The notes beneath the pieces are model-generated. The model ran no database searches. It saw only the letters and a list, made by a program, of their open reading frames with translations, and had not been told where the DNA came from. The translations under genes were made by a program, and so were the position numbers. From IMG/VR virus record IMGVR_UViG_3300037237_000386, positions 12,919-76,918 of that record: DNA of 64,000 nt; one strand, written 5' to 3'. The DNA is from a virus. Each line of letters begins with the position of its first letter. The first letter of the stretch is position 1. This document shows positions 48,719 to 58,365 of the stretch, in pieces.

Positions 48719-49437
48719 GCGCAATGACGACGTACGGCGGCGTGGACATCGTGGGGGACTGCTGCGGCATCGACACGGCCATCGCGGGGGCGCTGACGGA
48801 CGAGCAACTGCAGAAGATGTTCACGACGCCGTTCGGCGCTGCAGCGGGTCCGTTGGCGGGCAAGTACCCTGAGTTCATCTGGGGGTACGTGCGGTACTCG
48901 GGAGGGGCAGCCAGCAAGTGGGACATGACGGGGGCGCGACTGCGCGCCATCGCGGACATGACGAACGGCGCGGGCGTGCCGGTGAAGGCGGGTCTCGTGC
49001 AGCACTGCCGCGGTGGCGCGTGGGCAGCGAGTGCGCAGCTCGGCGCGGACGACGGCAAGGTGGCGGCGGATCTCGCCTCGGACATGGGCTACACGAGCGA
49101 CTGCAACCTCGCGGTCGACGACGAGTCGCTCAAGAACCCGGGACCCGATGCCATCGCGCACTTCGTGGCGTGGTGCCAGCAGTGGCAGTCGGCGTGCCTG
49201 TACGAGGGGTTCGATCCGGGCATGACCCCGGAGCAGGAGTACGAGAACCCTGGCGTGAAGCGGTATTGGGGCGCGGTCGGGCCATGGGACGTGGCGGTGC
49301 GTGGGGTGTGCTGTCGGCAGGGGATGCAGTTCACGCACGCGGGCGTCGTCATCGACCCGGACCGCGCGTTCCCCGACAAGCTGGGCGGGACACTGCGGCT
49401 CTACGGCCGGGTGCCCGACGTGAACGTGTCGACCTGA
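48715..49437 (+). CDS. putative glycoside hydrolase / endolysin (DUF1906, GH25-like barrel)
   Basis: GYVRY...GADDG..A..LA..MG...LAVDDE...LYEG...IDPD pattern. Confidence 0.55.
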   Translation: MSAMTTYGGVDIVGDCCGIDTAIAGALTDEQLQKMFTTPFGAAAGPLAGKYPEFIWGYVRYSGGAASKWDMTGARLRAIADMTNGAGVPVKAGLVQHCRGGAWAASAQLGADDGKVAADLASDMGYTSDCNLAVDDESLKNPGPDAIAHFVAWCQQWQSACLYEGFDPGMTPEQEYENPGVKRYWGAVGPWDVAVRGVCCRQGMQFTHAGVVIDPDRAFPDKLGGTLRLYGRVPDVNVST

Positions 49438-49476
49438 TATCGTCGGAGACGGGCACTCCCTCGGGCCCCGCTTAGA

Positions 49477-49538
49477 TCGAAGCCCCCGCGCAAAGCACCC
49501 TGTCTCCTGGGCAGGGAAAGAGGCGCGGGGGCTTTCGA
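49477..49538. terminator. inverted repeat between convergent genes
   Basis: AAGCCCCCGCGC...GCGCGGGGGCTTT. Confidence 0.6.
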
Positions 49539-49546
49539 CTGTTCGC

Positions 49547-50290
49547 TCACTCCTGCGGCAGCTCGCGCGGGATGAAGCGGCGAGCGAAGTCGAGGCGCTC
49601 GTCAGCCTTGGGGTGGAAGGAGGCGCTCTCGCCGGTGTAGTCGACGAGGGAGCCTGTGCGCGCGAGCGAGCGGCAGACCATCGACAGACCGATGCTGGCG
49701 GCGTAGGCGGTGTACTTCATCTTCTCGGGCGTGACCCCCTCGGGATCGAAGGCGAGCAGCCCACCGTCGAGGTGCACCTGCCAGAAGGAGAAGGCGAGCC
49801 CGCCGTCGCAGTGGCCGCCGACGTGGATGGTGCGACGACCCTCGGGCGACGCGCGCCACGCGCGGTCGTTGCAGCGACCGTCGTCCACGTAGGAGGCGAA
49901 GCGTGCGCCCTCCCACCACCCGAGCGCGAGCGCGAGGACACCGCGGGACTCGGGCGTGTCGGTCATGCGGTGGGGTCCATCGTTCATCGGGACGGGGCAC
50001 GTCGGCTCGCGGCTCCACGAGACGGCGAGGGCGACGTCGTACGCGACCGCGGCGAGATCGGCGTGGGGCAGGGAGGCCTCGGGCCAGGTGTGCGCGGCGT
50101 CGACCAGGCGCATGGCGAGGGAGACGACGTTCATGTCCGGCGGAGCGTCGGTCACGGGCTCGTCCACGGGAGCTCTCTGCGCGCGAGGCGGGGAGGACGG
50201 TGCGAGGGGCTGCGCGTCGGCGGAGATGCCAGCGAAGGCGCAGACGCCCGCGAACGTGAGCAGGGCGAGGAGGGGCAGGTAGTTCTTCAT
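49547..50290 (-). CDS. secreted lysozyme/transglycosylase-like protein (only credible minus-strand gene)
   Basis: Signal peptide MKNYLPLLALL; WWEG...DGGLAFSFWQVH resembles the catalytic Glu and G..Q motif; minus-strand codon bias. Confidence 0.55.
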   Translation of the reverse strand: MKNYLPLLALLTFAGVCAFAGISADAQPLAPSSPPRAQRAPVDEPVTDAPPDMNVVSLAMRLVDAAHTWPEASLPHADLAAVAYDVALAVSWSREPTCPVPMNDGPHRMTDTPESRGVLALALGWWEGARFASYVDDGRCNDRAWRASPEGRRTIHVGGHCDGGLAFSFWQVHLDGGLLAFDPEGVTPEKMKYTAYAASIGLSMVCRSLARTGSLVDYTGESASFHPKADERLDFARRFIPRELPQE

Positions 50291-50323
50291 GGGACGGGAG
50301 CCTGCCCCGGAACGGCTCCTGAG

Positions 50324-50339
50324 GGAAACCCAGGTTTCC
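50324..50339. repeat. 16-bp palindrome copy 12 (variant GGAAACCCAGGTTTCC) in a divergent intergenic region
   Basis: Read directly; one mismatch. Confidence 0.93.
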
Positions 50340-50383
50340 CCCACCCGGGATGCCTGCTACGCGTGGAGGCGGAGGCGCAACCC

Positions 50384-50956
50384 ATGAACGTTGTGAGCAG
50401 CTTGCCGCATTGGGTGGTGGTGGACGATCCGCGGGGGGAGTTCTGGGAGGGGGCTGTCGTGGACGCGACGCGAGCTCGCGTGCTCGAGGCGCGCGGCGCG
50501 TGCGTGATGCCGTGCATGCCGGACCTCTTCCGCATGAGCGGGTGCGCGGGCTTCAGCAAGCGAGCTTGGGGCGCGGGCCTCGCGCTGCCGGCTGGCGCTC
50601 CCGTCCTGCTCGCCCCGCTGACGATGTATCTGTCGACGGAGGCGCGCGGCGTCGTGTGGCGGTGTCGCCTGGTGCCGGACGGGCAGAGGCGCGAGCGGTA
50701 CGAGGGGTTCGTGCGGTTTGCGGCGGACAGCGGGCAGCGCTCGCCGCTGAAGGGTGCGTACACGGAGGCGCAGGAGGACAAGCCGGTCATGACCCGGGAC
50801 CTGCCCGCCCCTGACGAGGACGGCGGCTGGACGGTCGGGGGCAAGGGCCTGGCGGGCTTCAGCGTCGAGGGGCACTACGGGTTCGGGATCTACGGGACCG
50901 CCCCGGGGCTTCGTGTAGTCTGGGTTGCGGCGACGACGGTTCCCGTCAAGGCCTGA
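50384..50956 (+). CDS. hypothetical protein
   Basis: GGAGG RBS before ATG 50384. Confidence 0.5.
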   Translation: MNVVSSLPHWVVVDDPRGEFWEGAVVDATRARVLEARGACVMPCMPDLFRMSGCAGFSKRAWGAGLALPAGAPVLLAPLTMYLSTEARGVVWRCRLVPDGQRRERYEGFVRFAADSGQRSPLKGAYTEAQEDKPVMTRDLPAPDEDGGWTVGGKGLAGFSVEGHYGFGIYGTAPGLRVVWVAATTVPVKA

Positions 50957-50976
50957 GACCCCGGAGGACGACGGCG

Positions 50977-51753
50977 ATGACGGTGGCGGCGCTCATCCAG
51001 TTCTCGCAGGGGGGAGGGCCGCTCGATTCGGCCGGGCGCGCGTGCTTCGGAGCAGCGGGTAGCCTGGTGACCGTGAGCAACGGGGCGCCCGTGCCGGGGG
51101 TCATCGCCAAGAGCGACTTCACGATGTTCGACGTGCCCTACAACAGCGCGCTCGCGACGGGGCTGCAGCAGAGCGGGCTCGGGTCGACGTACGCATTCAC
51201 GCCGGACGTCACGGGCACGTACCTGCTGCTGCTCACGGTCACGGGGACGGACGGCACGACGGCGACGGACTCGCGTTGCTTCACCGTCAAGCGGAGCCCG
51301 AGCGGGCGGTACATCGTGTCGTTCACGGCGACGGCGCCGATGCTGAACTACGCGGGGCAGACGCGCGGTTGGGCGCCGTCGATGGAGGGGTGGCTCACGT
51401 ACCTCGACTCGATGGACGCGCCGGTGAGGTTCGGCATCGGGACGGCGAGCGCGACGCTGACGAGCCCACTGCAGAGGATCATCTACACGGACACGTCGAG
51501 CGGCTCGCCGACGCTGGCGACCATCACGCTGCCGAGCGTGGCGAACGCGGTCGACGGGCAGTACGTGGAGTTCCATGACGAGACGGGGATGTGGGCGACG
51601 AACCCCCTGACCATCGCGGCCAACTCGACGCAGAACCTGGTGCAGCAGGGAGCCTCGTTCGGGACGGTGGCGGCTTCGCAGGTGCTGAACATTGCGCGTT
51701 CGAGCATCGCTTGGCGCTACAGCGCGCCCGCGAAGCTCTGGCTGCCGGCGTAG
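50977..51753 (+). CDS. virion structural protein (PKD/Ig-like plus fibre-tip-like domain)
   Basis: FTPDVTGTYLLLLTVT; DTSSG...ITLP...G....DE.G.WATNPLTI. Confidence 0.55.
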   Translation: MTVAALIQFSQGGGPLDSAGRACFGAAGSLVTVSNGAPVPGVIAKSDFTMFDVPYNSALATGLQQSGLGSTYAFTPDVTGTYLLLLTVTGTDGTTATDSRCFTVKRSPSGRYIVSFTATAPMLNYAGQTRGWAPSMEGWLTYLDSMDAPVRFGIGTASATLTSPLQRIIYTDTSSGSPTLATITLPSVANAVDGQYVEFHDETGMWATNPLTIAANSTQNLVQQGASFGTVAASQVLNIARSSIAWRYSAPAKLWLPA

Positions 51754-51762
51754 GAGGACGAG

Positions 51763-52860
51763 ATGGACAAGGCGTGGAAGTGGGCGACTGTGACTCTGTT
51801 CGCGTGGTGCGTGGCGATGACCGCGCTCGTGTTGGACCACCACACGGGTCCTCTTCCGCAGGAGCCTGCGACGCACCCGCCCTCGGGCGCGACGTATCCG
51901 CAGGTGCCCAACTCGGGGGACGCGGGCTACGCGCTCATCAGCCTGGGCGTGAACCTCGGCTACCAGAACCAGCCGATCAACGCGGCGGGTGCGGGTACGG
52001 GTATCGGCATCTACGGAGACGGCAGCGACGGCGCCGTTGTCGCCGACGGGGCGGCTACGGTGACGTGCCTTGGGGCGCCATCGTCGAACGTCTACACGCA
52101 GACGAGAGATTGCTACTTCCAAAACCTGACTGTCAACGTAGGTGTGACCGTCAAGGCTGCGGGGTTCCGAGAATTCTCGAACGGGACTGCCACGATCAAT
52201 GGTCACATCAGCGTGGACGGGGCTGCGGCGGTCGCTGGCGGCTCGTTCCCTGGCGCTGGCGGCGGCTGGGACATCCAGGGCGCGACAGCTCTAGGCAGCC
52301 TGGGTGGTGGTCGTGGCGGCGCGAACGGTGGCGCGTCGCTGTCAACCGTCCTCAACTCGATGGGCGGCGCTGGCGGCGCTGGCGGGTCCGGCGGACCCTA
52401 TGGAGTCACGAGGCCGCTCGCGGTTCTAGGGTCGCCGCACGAGATGCTGGCCGCGGTTCGTGGCTCTCTGATCGGTAATGGCGGCGGAAGCGCAGGCACG
52501 AACGCACCTGTTCTCGCCACCCTCGTGGGAGGAAACGGAGGCGCTGGTGGCGCCAATGGTACCACCAACGGGGACGGTGGTGGTGGTGGTGGTGTGGCAG
52601 TGTGCGCATTCTTCAATCTCGCCGGGACCGGATCGATCACGGCTAACGGTGGGGCTGGCGCATGCGGCAATGCCGGCTCCGGTCTGTGTTTGCCGTCTGC
52701 GTCCTCTACGCTGAACGGCGGCGGCGGCGGCGGCGGATTGGTAGCCATCATAACGCGTACGAATTCCGGCGGTGTAACGGTCTCCGCAACAGGCGGCGCT
52801 GGCGCTGGCGGCACCAGCACGGCGGGCGCGAGTGGCACCGTGCTCCAGTTCACCGAGTGA
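51763..52860 (+). CDS. Gly-rich fibre-like protein with an N-terminal hydrophobic segment
   Basis: YGDGSDG, GGGGGG runs, GSITANGG.G. Confidence 0.65.
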   Translation: MDKAWKWATVTLFAWCVAMTALVLDHHTGPLPQEPATHPPSGATYPQVPNSGDAGYALISLGVNLGYQNQPINAAGAGTGIGIYGDGSDGAVVADGAATVTCLGAPSSNVYTQTRDCYFQNLTVNVGVTVKAAGFREFSNGTATINGHISVDGAAAVAGGSFPGAGGGWDIQGATALGSLGGGRGGANGGASLSTVLNSMGGAGGAGGSGGPYGVTRPLAVLGSPHEMLAAVRGSLIGNGGGSAGTNAPVLATLVGGNGGAGGANGTTNGDGGGGGGVAVCAFFNLAGTGSITANGGAGACGNAGSGLCLPSASSTLNGGGGGGGLVAIITRTNSGGVTVSATGGAGAGGTSTAGASGTVLQFTE

Positions 52861-53073
52861 GGCTGACGACCAATGGGTAACGAGAGCGCGCATAACGGCA
52901 ACGGAGACGAGCCGATGGACGACGAGGCCTCGTCCTCCCCGCACGTACGGTCGACCGATCCCCGACCCGGAACCAGAACGACGCGCTCATGCTCGGACAG
53001 AGGAAGTTCACGCTGGTGCTGAGGGGCCCAGAGCCTCGACTCGGCCAACGAGGCGCATCACGAGATTGGCGAC

Positions 53074-53235
53074 ACGAACGATGGTGGTGGAGGTGGTGGT
53101 GGGTTCGAGGTGGTGGTGACCCGGACGATGAGCGCTTGGTCGGGGACGGTCACCGCGGCGGGTGGCGCTTCGGGTGGCTCGGGAGGCGGCGCGACGGGTG
53201 GCGACAACGGGACCGTCATCTTCTTCGTCGAATGA
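53074..53235 (+). pseudogene. orphan alternative C-terminus of the Gly-rich protein
   Basis: NDGGGGGGGFEVVVTRT...GTVIFFVE* parallels NGGGGGGGLVAIITRT...GTVLQFTE*; in-frame stop upstream at 53020-53022. Confidence 0.7.
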
Positions 53236-53501
53236 GCGCGCTCTCGAGGCTGAGGGAGCGCGCGGGGGCGGCGCTCGTGCGCGCGGGCGTGAGGCTGATG
53301 GGTCTGCGGCCCGGCGATGAGCTCGACCTGGAGGAAACCCGGGTTTCCCCCGAGCCGACGGTGCCGCTCGGACCCGGCGCAGCGCTCACCGCGAGCTCGG
53401 CGCGGATGATCGAACCGATGGTCGTGCAACCCGAGGCTGCGAAGGACGAGCAGGTGGACGAGCCGCTGCGTGGTAGCTTGGAAGCGCGCGGCGAGCGATA
53501 A
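53232..53501 (+). CDS. hypothetical protein
   Basis: ATGA overlap; contains ETRVS. Confidence 0.5.
   Translation: MSALSRLRERAGAALVRAGVRLMGLRPGDELDLEETRVSPEPTVPLGPGAALTASSARMIEPMVVQPEAAKDEQVDEPLRGSLEARGER
53333..53348. repeat. 16-bp palindrome copy 13
   Basis: Read directly. Confidence 0.97.
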
Positions 53502-53507
53502 GGGACC

Positions 53508-55337
53508 ATGGCAGCCGTGCAGAACATGCAGCCCGCGGGGGGCACGATCTTCGGCTCGGGCGACGACGCGCCCACGGGCAAGGTGTTCAGCGCGCGCGCC
53601 TTCGTGGACGGCGAGCGGTTCCGCAACCTCGACCGGCGGCAGCAGTACTACGACTGCACGCAGCACAACGGAAAGACGTTCGACTTCGACGGGCGGATCA
53701 TCGACGTGAAGTCGGGCAGCTCGATGGCGTACACGCAGCCGCTGCTCAGCGAGAAGGCGGCGTTCTACGTGCCGCTTCGGTCCAGGCGACCGAGCGCGCC
53801 CTATCGACTCTCGAGGGCCATCGTCAACGCGTTCTCGAACTTCGTGTTCGGAGAGGGGCGCTTTCCGGTCATCCGCGTGCCGGGCGACGACGACAGCCAG
53901 GACTTCCTGCAGACGTGCAGCAAGGTGGGGCAGCTCCCTCTCAAGATCGTGCGCGCCCGAAACCTCGGCGGCGCGGTGGGCACGGTGGGCCTCAGCTGGG
54001 CGTTCGTCGAGGGCAAGCCGCGCTTCCAGGTGCACAACGGCAAGCACCTGTTCGTGCACGAGTGGGACGACCGCGAGGCACTCATCCCGCGGCACGTGAC
54101 GGAGTGCTACCAGATCGTGAACGAGGAGTACGACGAGGAGAAGAAGCGCGTCGTCACGAATCGCTACTGGCTGCGGCGCGACTGGACCAAGCAGGCGGAG
54201 ATCGTGTTCCTGCCGGCGCTCGTCGAGCCGGAGAAGAACGAGGAGCCGGACTGGCAGCCGGACGTGGACAAGAGCGTCATCCACAAGGACGATGACACGC
54301 ACTTCGTGTGGGTGCAGAACCTGCCGAGCGATGAGCAGGACGGCGTCCCCGACTGCGAGGGCCTCTACGAGAGTCTCGACGAGATCGACGTGCTGCTGTC
54401 GGTCATGCTGCGCGGCGCGAAGCTGAACCTCGATCCGACGCTCGTCATCAAGGACGACAAGCTGTTCGTGCAGCGGATGGGCATCAAGAAGGGATCGGAG
54501 AACGCCATCGTCGTCGACAAGGAGGGCGGCGACGCGAAGTACCTGGAGCTCACGGGTTCGAGCATCGAGGCAGGCATCAAGCTGTTCAACGAGCACCGCC
54601 GCACGATCCTGGAAGTCGCGGAGTGCGTCATCCCCGACCCGGACACCATCGCTGCGCAGGGCCAGAGCGCAGCGGCGCAGAAGATGGTGTTCAGCCGGAT
54701 GCTCTCCAAGGGAGGCATCCTGCAGGAGCAGTACGGCACGGCGCTGCAGCGGCTGATGGAGCCGGTGCTCTACATCGCCCAGCAGCGCGTGCAGGTGCCG
54801 GTGCAGGTGGTGGACGAGAACGGCGAGCAGCAGGACGTGGACCAGAGCTTCGATCTCCCCAAGCGCGTCGAGAATCAGGACGTCGTGGGTGACGACGGGC
54901 AGCCGACGGGTGAGCAGACGCCGGAGGTGAGCGAGCGGCACCCGGGCGAGGGCGAGGACGTGGAGCTCGACTGGCCGCCGCGCTTCCCGCCGACGAGCCT
55001 CGACCAGCAGCAGCTCATCACGTCGCTCTCCACGGCGGTCGCCGCGGCGCCCATCCTCAGCGTGCAGACGGCGACGGAGCTCGTCAGCGCAGCCTTCGGG
55101 CGGGAGGGTTCGGACGAGTGGCAGCGGGTCCAGGGCGACAAGAAGGACCAGGAGGCCAAGGAGAGCCAGATGATGGCGGACCAGAACGGGGCCGCTGGGG
55201 GCAAGCCAGGGACGCCCGGAGCTCCGGGTGGGGGCAAGCCGCCGGGCGGCGGGAAACCGCCTGGAGGGGGCGGTGGAGGGGCAGCAGGGGGCGACAGTGA
55301 CCCCGATCCGAAGGACAAGCCGGCGCCTGCGCCATAA
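53508..55337 (+). CDS. portal protein
   Basis: YYD...RAIVN....FVFGEG..P, GGDAKYLE, AQSAAA.K, V.LDWPP.FP, ILSVQTA; directly upstream of MuF. Confidence 0.8.
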   Translation: MAAVQNMQPAGGTIFGSGDDAPTGKVFSARAFVDGERFRNLDRRQQYYDCTQHNGKTFDFDGRIIDVKSGSSMAYTQPLLSEKAAFYVPLRSRRPSAPYRLSRAIVNAFSNFVFGEGRFPVIRVPGDDDSQDFLQTCSKVGQLPLKIVRARNLGGAVGTVGLSWAFVEGKPRFQVHNGKHLFVHEWDDREALIPRHVTECYQIVNEEYDEEKKRVVTNRYWLRRDWTKQAEIVFLPALVEPEKNEEPDWQPDVDKSVIHKDDDTHFVWVQNLPSDEQDGVPDCEGLYESLDEIDVLLSVMLRGAKLNLDPTLVIKDDKLFVQRMGIKKGSENAIVVDKEGGDAKYLELTGSSIEAGIKLFNEHRRTILEVAECVIPDPDTIAAQGQSAAAQKMVFSRMLSKGGILQEQYGTALQRLMEPVLYIAQQRVQVPVQVVDENGEQQDVDQSFDLPKRVENQDVVGDDGQPTGEQTPEVSERHPGEGEDVELDWPPRFPPTSLDQQQLITSLSTAVAAAPILSVQTATELVSAAFGREGSDEWQRVQGDKKDQEAKESQMMADQNGAAGGKPGTPGAPGGGKPPGGGKPPGGGGGGAAGGDSDPDPKDKPAPAP

Positions 55338-55345
55338 GGTAGGTC

Positions 55346-58096
55346 GTGTCCACGAAGGCGCTCGAGCGCGCGCAGGAGGTGCTCGCGAGGGACAGGCGCC
55401 TCAGCCTCGGGTTCGTGCAGCAGGCGGGTGCGCACCGCACGCAGCAGCTCCTGCAGGAGACGGCGCGCGACCTGGAGCTCCGGCTCAAGAGCGCGGAGCT
55501 GCTCCGCGGACCGGGCAAGGACACGTTCAGCATCGCGCAGATGCGCGCGACGCTCGCCCAGGTGCGGAGCGTCCTCAAGCCCCTGATGGGGGGAGTGAAG
55601 GACACGCTGCTGACGCACGGGCCGGCGACGGCAACGGAGGGGGCGGAACACGCGGCGAAGTACCTCGTGGCCGCGGACAAGGCGTTCAAGGGCGTGGGTC
55701 AGCAGCCGCTCGCGCTCCGCACGGCGCTGATGCTGGAGGCGGCGGGCAAGGGTAGCGCGGCGAGCATCCTCGCGCGCCTCGCGGGCGAGCCCGGACACCC
55801 GGGGCACCTGGGCGTGCTGCAGCGGTACGGTGTGGAGACCATCGGTCACTTCGAGGGGGTGCTGCAGCGGGGCCTCCTCGGTCGCAAGAGCTGGGCGGAC
55901 GTGCGCCAGGACCTGACGGCGAAGAGTCCGTTCCTGCAGGGAGCCCCGGCGTTCTGGGCGCACCGCATCGTGCGCACGGAGATGATGGCGGCGCAGAACC
56001 GCGGGCAGCACGAGGCAATCGTCGAGGCGGACGAGCAGCTCGGGGACATGTGCAAGATCGTCAGCTGCGTGTTCGACGACAGGACGGGCGCGGACAGCGT
56101 CGCCATCCACGGGCAGATCCGGCGACCGGAGGAACCGTTCGAGAGTTGGAACGGGGCGTTCCAGCACCCGCCCGACCGTCCGAACGACCGCGCGAGCGTG
56201 ACGCCGCACCGGCTCTCCTGGCCAATCCCGCCGTACCTCGCCTGGGCGAGCGCGGAGGAGATCGAAAAGGCGTGGAAGCGGGACGGGCGGAAGGGTGCGC
56301 CGCCGGAGCGGCCGCTGATGACGACTATCCCGCTCGACAGCTTCGGCAAGAGGCAGGGGAAGAAGCCCGAGGAGGAGCAGGAGAGCGCGAGCGTCAACGA
56401 GGACCACGGTGAGCCCGAGGTGCCCGAGCGCGAGGCCGCGGAGTCGCAGGCGCCCGTCGAGGAAGCGCCGTGGCACGATCCGGGCATCCCCGAGATCCCG
56501 GAGCGGGGACCCGTGGAGCCGCAGGCGCCCATCGAGGAGGCGGAGTTCGAGAAGCCGCCGGAGCCGATCCTCGTGCCGCCTGCCGAAGAGGCGCCCGAGC
56601 CGGAGCCCGAGAAGCCCGAGCTCACCGCGGACGAGATCCTCGCGACGAAGGACGCGGGTGCGAAGGGATCGAACCTGGGCGGGTTCTACACGGGCACGGA
56701 CGGCGTGCAGCGGTACGTGAAGTTCTACCAGGACCCGGCGCAGGCGTTCTGCGAGCACCTGTCGAATCAGATGTACCGGGACCTCGGGTTCGAGGCGCCC
56801 GAGTCGACGACGTTCGGCCGCGAGGACGGGACGACGGCGTACGCGAGCAAGATCGTGGACGGGCTGAAGACGGTGAAGGACGTGGGCCTCACCGTGACGA
56901 CGGCGAAGCAGGTGATGCACGGCTTCGCAGCGGACGTGCTCCTCGGGAATTGGGACGCGGTGGGCACGGGCTTGGACAACGTGGGAGTCGTCGGCGACAA
57001 GGTCATGCGCGTCGACAACGGCGGCTCGCTCCTCTTCCGCGCGAAGGCGGGGCGCAAGCCCATGGAGCTGCTGAATCAGATCACGGAGTGGGACAAGTTC
57101 CTGAGCTCGTCGGCGAACCCGTACTACTCCCAGGTGGCGAGCAAGGCGGGGGTCGCGAAGGCGACGGACCTCGGCAAGGATCTCGTCGCGCAGATCGGCA
57201 ACATCAAGAACCTGCAGAAGGAGTCGGGGGGCTGGGCCAAGTACGTCGAGAAGCACGCGGCCGACATGCCCGAGGCGGACAAGAAGCGCGTCGTGGAGAT
57301 GCTCGAGGCGCGGACGAAGCTCCTCGCGGCGAAGGTGAAGGAGACGAAGGCCGCGGCCAAGCAGGCGAAGGTGGACGCGAAGGCGCAGAAGCTCGCGGAC
57401 AAGGAATCGAAGCTGCAGGCCAAGGAGTTCGCGAAGATCGCGAAGAAGTTGGGCGGAGCACCGCCGCAGAACTACGACGACATGCCGCGCGACGACGCCG
57501 CGGCGCAAAAGCACTTCAAGACGGAGAACGACTTCGGGCTGGGTGAGATCGGCTACCGGCACATGGCGGAGAAGTCGGTTGCCTTGGCGCAGGAGCACCA
57601 CAAGGGACCCGTTGAGTTCACGGGTTCCGCCTACGGAGCCATCCGTGAGTACGAGAAGAACCCGACAGCAGGCGCGAGTAACAACGCGAAGAAGTACGCG
57701 AAGGACATCGAGCAGTTCATGGCGAAGGCCACGCCGGCGCCGCCGGGAACCATCTACCGCGGGATCACGGACATCGGCGACGAGACCCTCAAGAGGTTCT
57801 GCACCGGCTCGCACTTCACGTTCGACGCGACGTCGAGCTGCTCTCGCACGGGCGCAAAGGCGAAGTCGTTCGGCGGGGGCGCGCGCGAGCGCGGTCAGGT
57901 GTACTTCGTGCTGGACCACAAGACAGCGGTGCCGGTGGAGACCATCTCGCAGCACGGTTCGGAGAACGAGCTGTTCGTGCGGAAGGGGACGTCCTTCTGG
58001 GTGACGAGGCGCTACCGCCACGAGGGGGCGGTCGTCATCGAGGCGCGGGAGATGACGGCGGAGGAGCTGGACAAGGTGCGGAAGAAGGCGCCATGA
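55346..58096 (+). CDS. MuF/gp7-like head morphogenesis protein fused to a HipA/PI3K-like kinase and an R-S-E ADP-ribosyltransferase
   Basis: RIVRTE, DDRTG.DS..IHGQ, HPPDRPNDR (MuF); GSNLGG...YVK...E...DVLLGNWD...DN...VDNG (kinase); IYRG...SSCS...ENE (ART). Confidence 0.82.
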   Translation: MSTKALERAQEVLARDRRLSLGFVQQAGAHRTQQLLQETARDLELRLKSAELLRGPGKDTFSIAQMRATLAQVRSVLKPLMGGVKDTLLTHGPATATEGAEHAAKYLVAADKAFKGVGQQPLALRTALMLEAAGKGSAASILARLAGEPGHPGHLGVLQRYGVETIGHFEGVLQRGLLGRKSWADVRQDLTAKSPFLQGAPAFWAHRIVRTEMMAAQNRGQHEAIVEADEQLGDMCKIVSCVFDDRTGADSVAIHGQIRRPEEPFESWNGAFQHPPDRPNDRASVTPHRLSWPIPPYLAWASAEEIEKAWKRDGRKGAPPERPLMTTIPLDSFGKRQGKKPEEEQESASVNEDHGEPEVPEREAAESQAPVEEAPWHDPGIPEIPERGPVEPQAPIEEAEFEKPPEPILVPPAEEAPEPEPEKPELTADEILATKDAGAKGSNLGGFYTGTDGVQRYVKFYQDPAQAFCEHLSNQMYRDLGFEAPESTTFGREDGTTAYASKIVDGLKTVKDVGLTVTTAKQVMHGFAADVLLGNWDAVGTGLDNVGVVGDKVMRVDNGGSLLFRAKAGRKPMELLNQITEWDKFLSSSANPYYSQVASKAGVAKATDLGKDLVAQIGNIKNLQKESGGWAKYVEKHAADMPEADKKRVVEMLEARTKLLAAKVKETKAAAKQAKVDAKAQKLADKESKLQAKEFAKIAKKLGGAPPQNYDDMPRDDAAAQKHFKTENDFGLGEIGYRHMAEKSVALAQEHHKGPVEFTGSAYGAIREYEKNPTAGASNNAKKYAKDIEQFMAKATPAPPGTIYRGITDIGDETLKRFCTGSHFTFDATSSCSRTGAKAKSFGGGARERGQVYFVLDHKTAVPVETISQHGSENELFVRKGTSFWVTRRYRHEGAVVIEAREMTAEELDKVRKKAP

Positions 58097-58302
58097 ACAG
58101 GGGCATGGAACCCGACGAGCCGACCCGGTGCCGATTCCGAGGCAAGGAGATGGACATCGCTGACGCCCGGATGATCCTGAGCAAGGACGAGCTCCCGGAG
58201 GTGGAGGTGACGATGGCGGACGGCTCGGTCGTCCGACCGTTCCGCTTCTGTGAGGTGGACCCGGAGGTCACGGTCGACGAGCACGGCGGGCTGCACCTCT
58301 GA
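58093..58302 (+). CDS. small acidic protein, possible immunity or partner of the MuF toxin
   Basis: ATGA-coupled to the MuF stop. Confidence 0.4.
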   Translation: MNRGMEPDEPTRCRFRGKEMDIADARMILSKDELPEVEVTMADGSVVRPFRFCEVDPEVTVDEHGGLHL

Positions 58303-58303
58303 C

Positions 58304-58319
58304 GGAAACCCGGGTTTCC
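58304..58319. repeat. 16-bp palindrome copy 14
   Basis: Read directly; 1 nt after a TGA and 11 nt before TTGACA. Confidence 0.97.
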
Positions 58320-58330
58320 CTCGAAAGAGG

Positions 58331-58359
58331 TTGACAACCTTGCGGGTAGGATTCAAGAT
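58331..58359 (+). promoter_or_regulatory. sigma70-type promoter TTGACA-N17-CAAGAT; leaderless ATG at 58366
   Basis: Consensus -35; spacer ends GGATT as in the 23040 promoter. Confidence 0.65.
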
Positions 58360-58365
58360 CAGAGC

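Noticed and set aside
51763-53235. Diversity-generating retroelement or shufflon
   Set aside because: No reverse transcriptase or invertase in the window, and the two C-termini are too divergent and not adenine-specific.
54875-58021. Long minus-strand ORFs (for example 1048 aa here, 45719..48070, 60493..62601, 12007..13965)
   Set aside because: These are antisense shadows of well-supported + strand genes in high-GC DNA, with Arg/Leu/Val-rich translations and no motifs.
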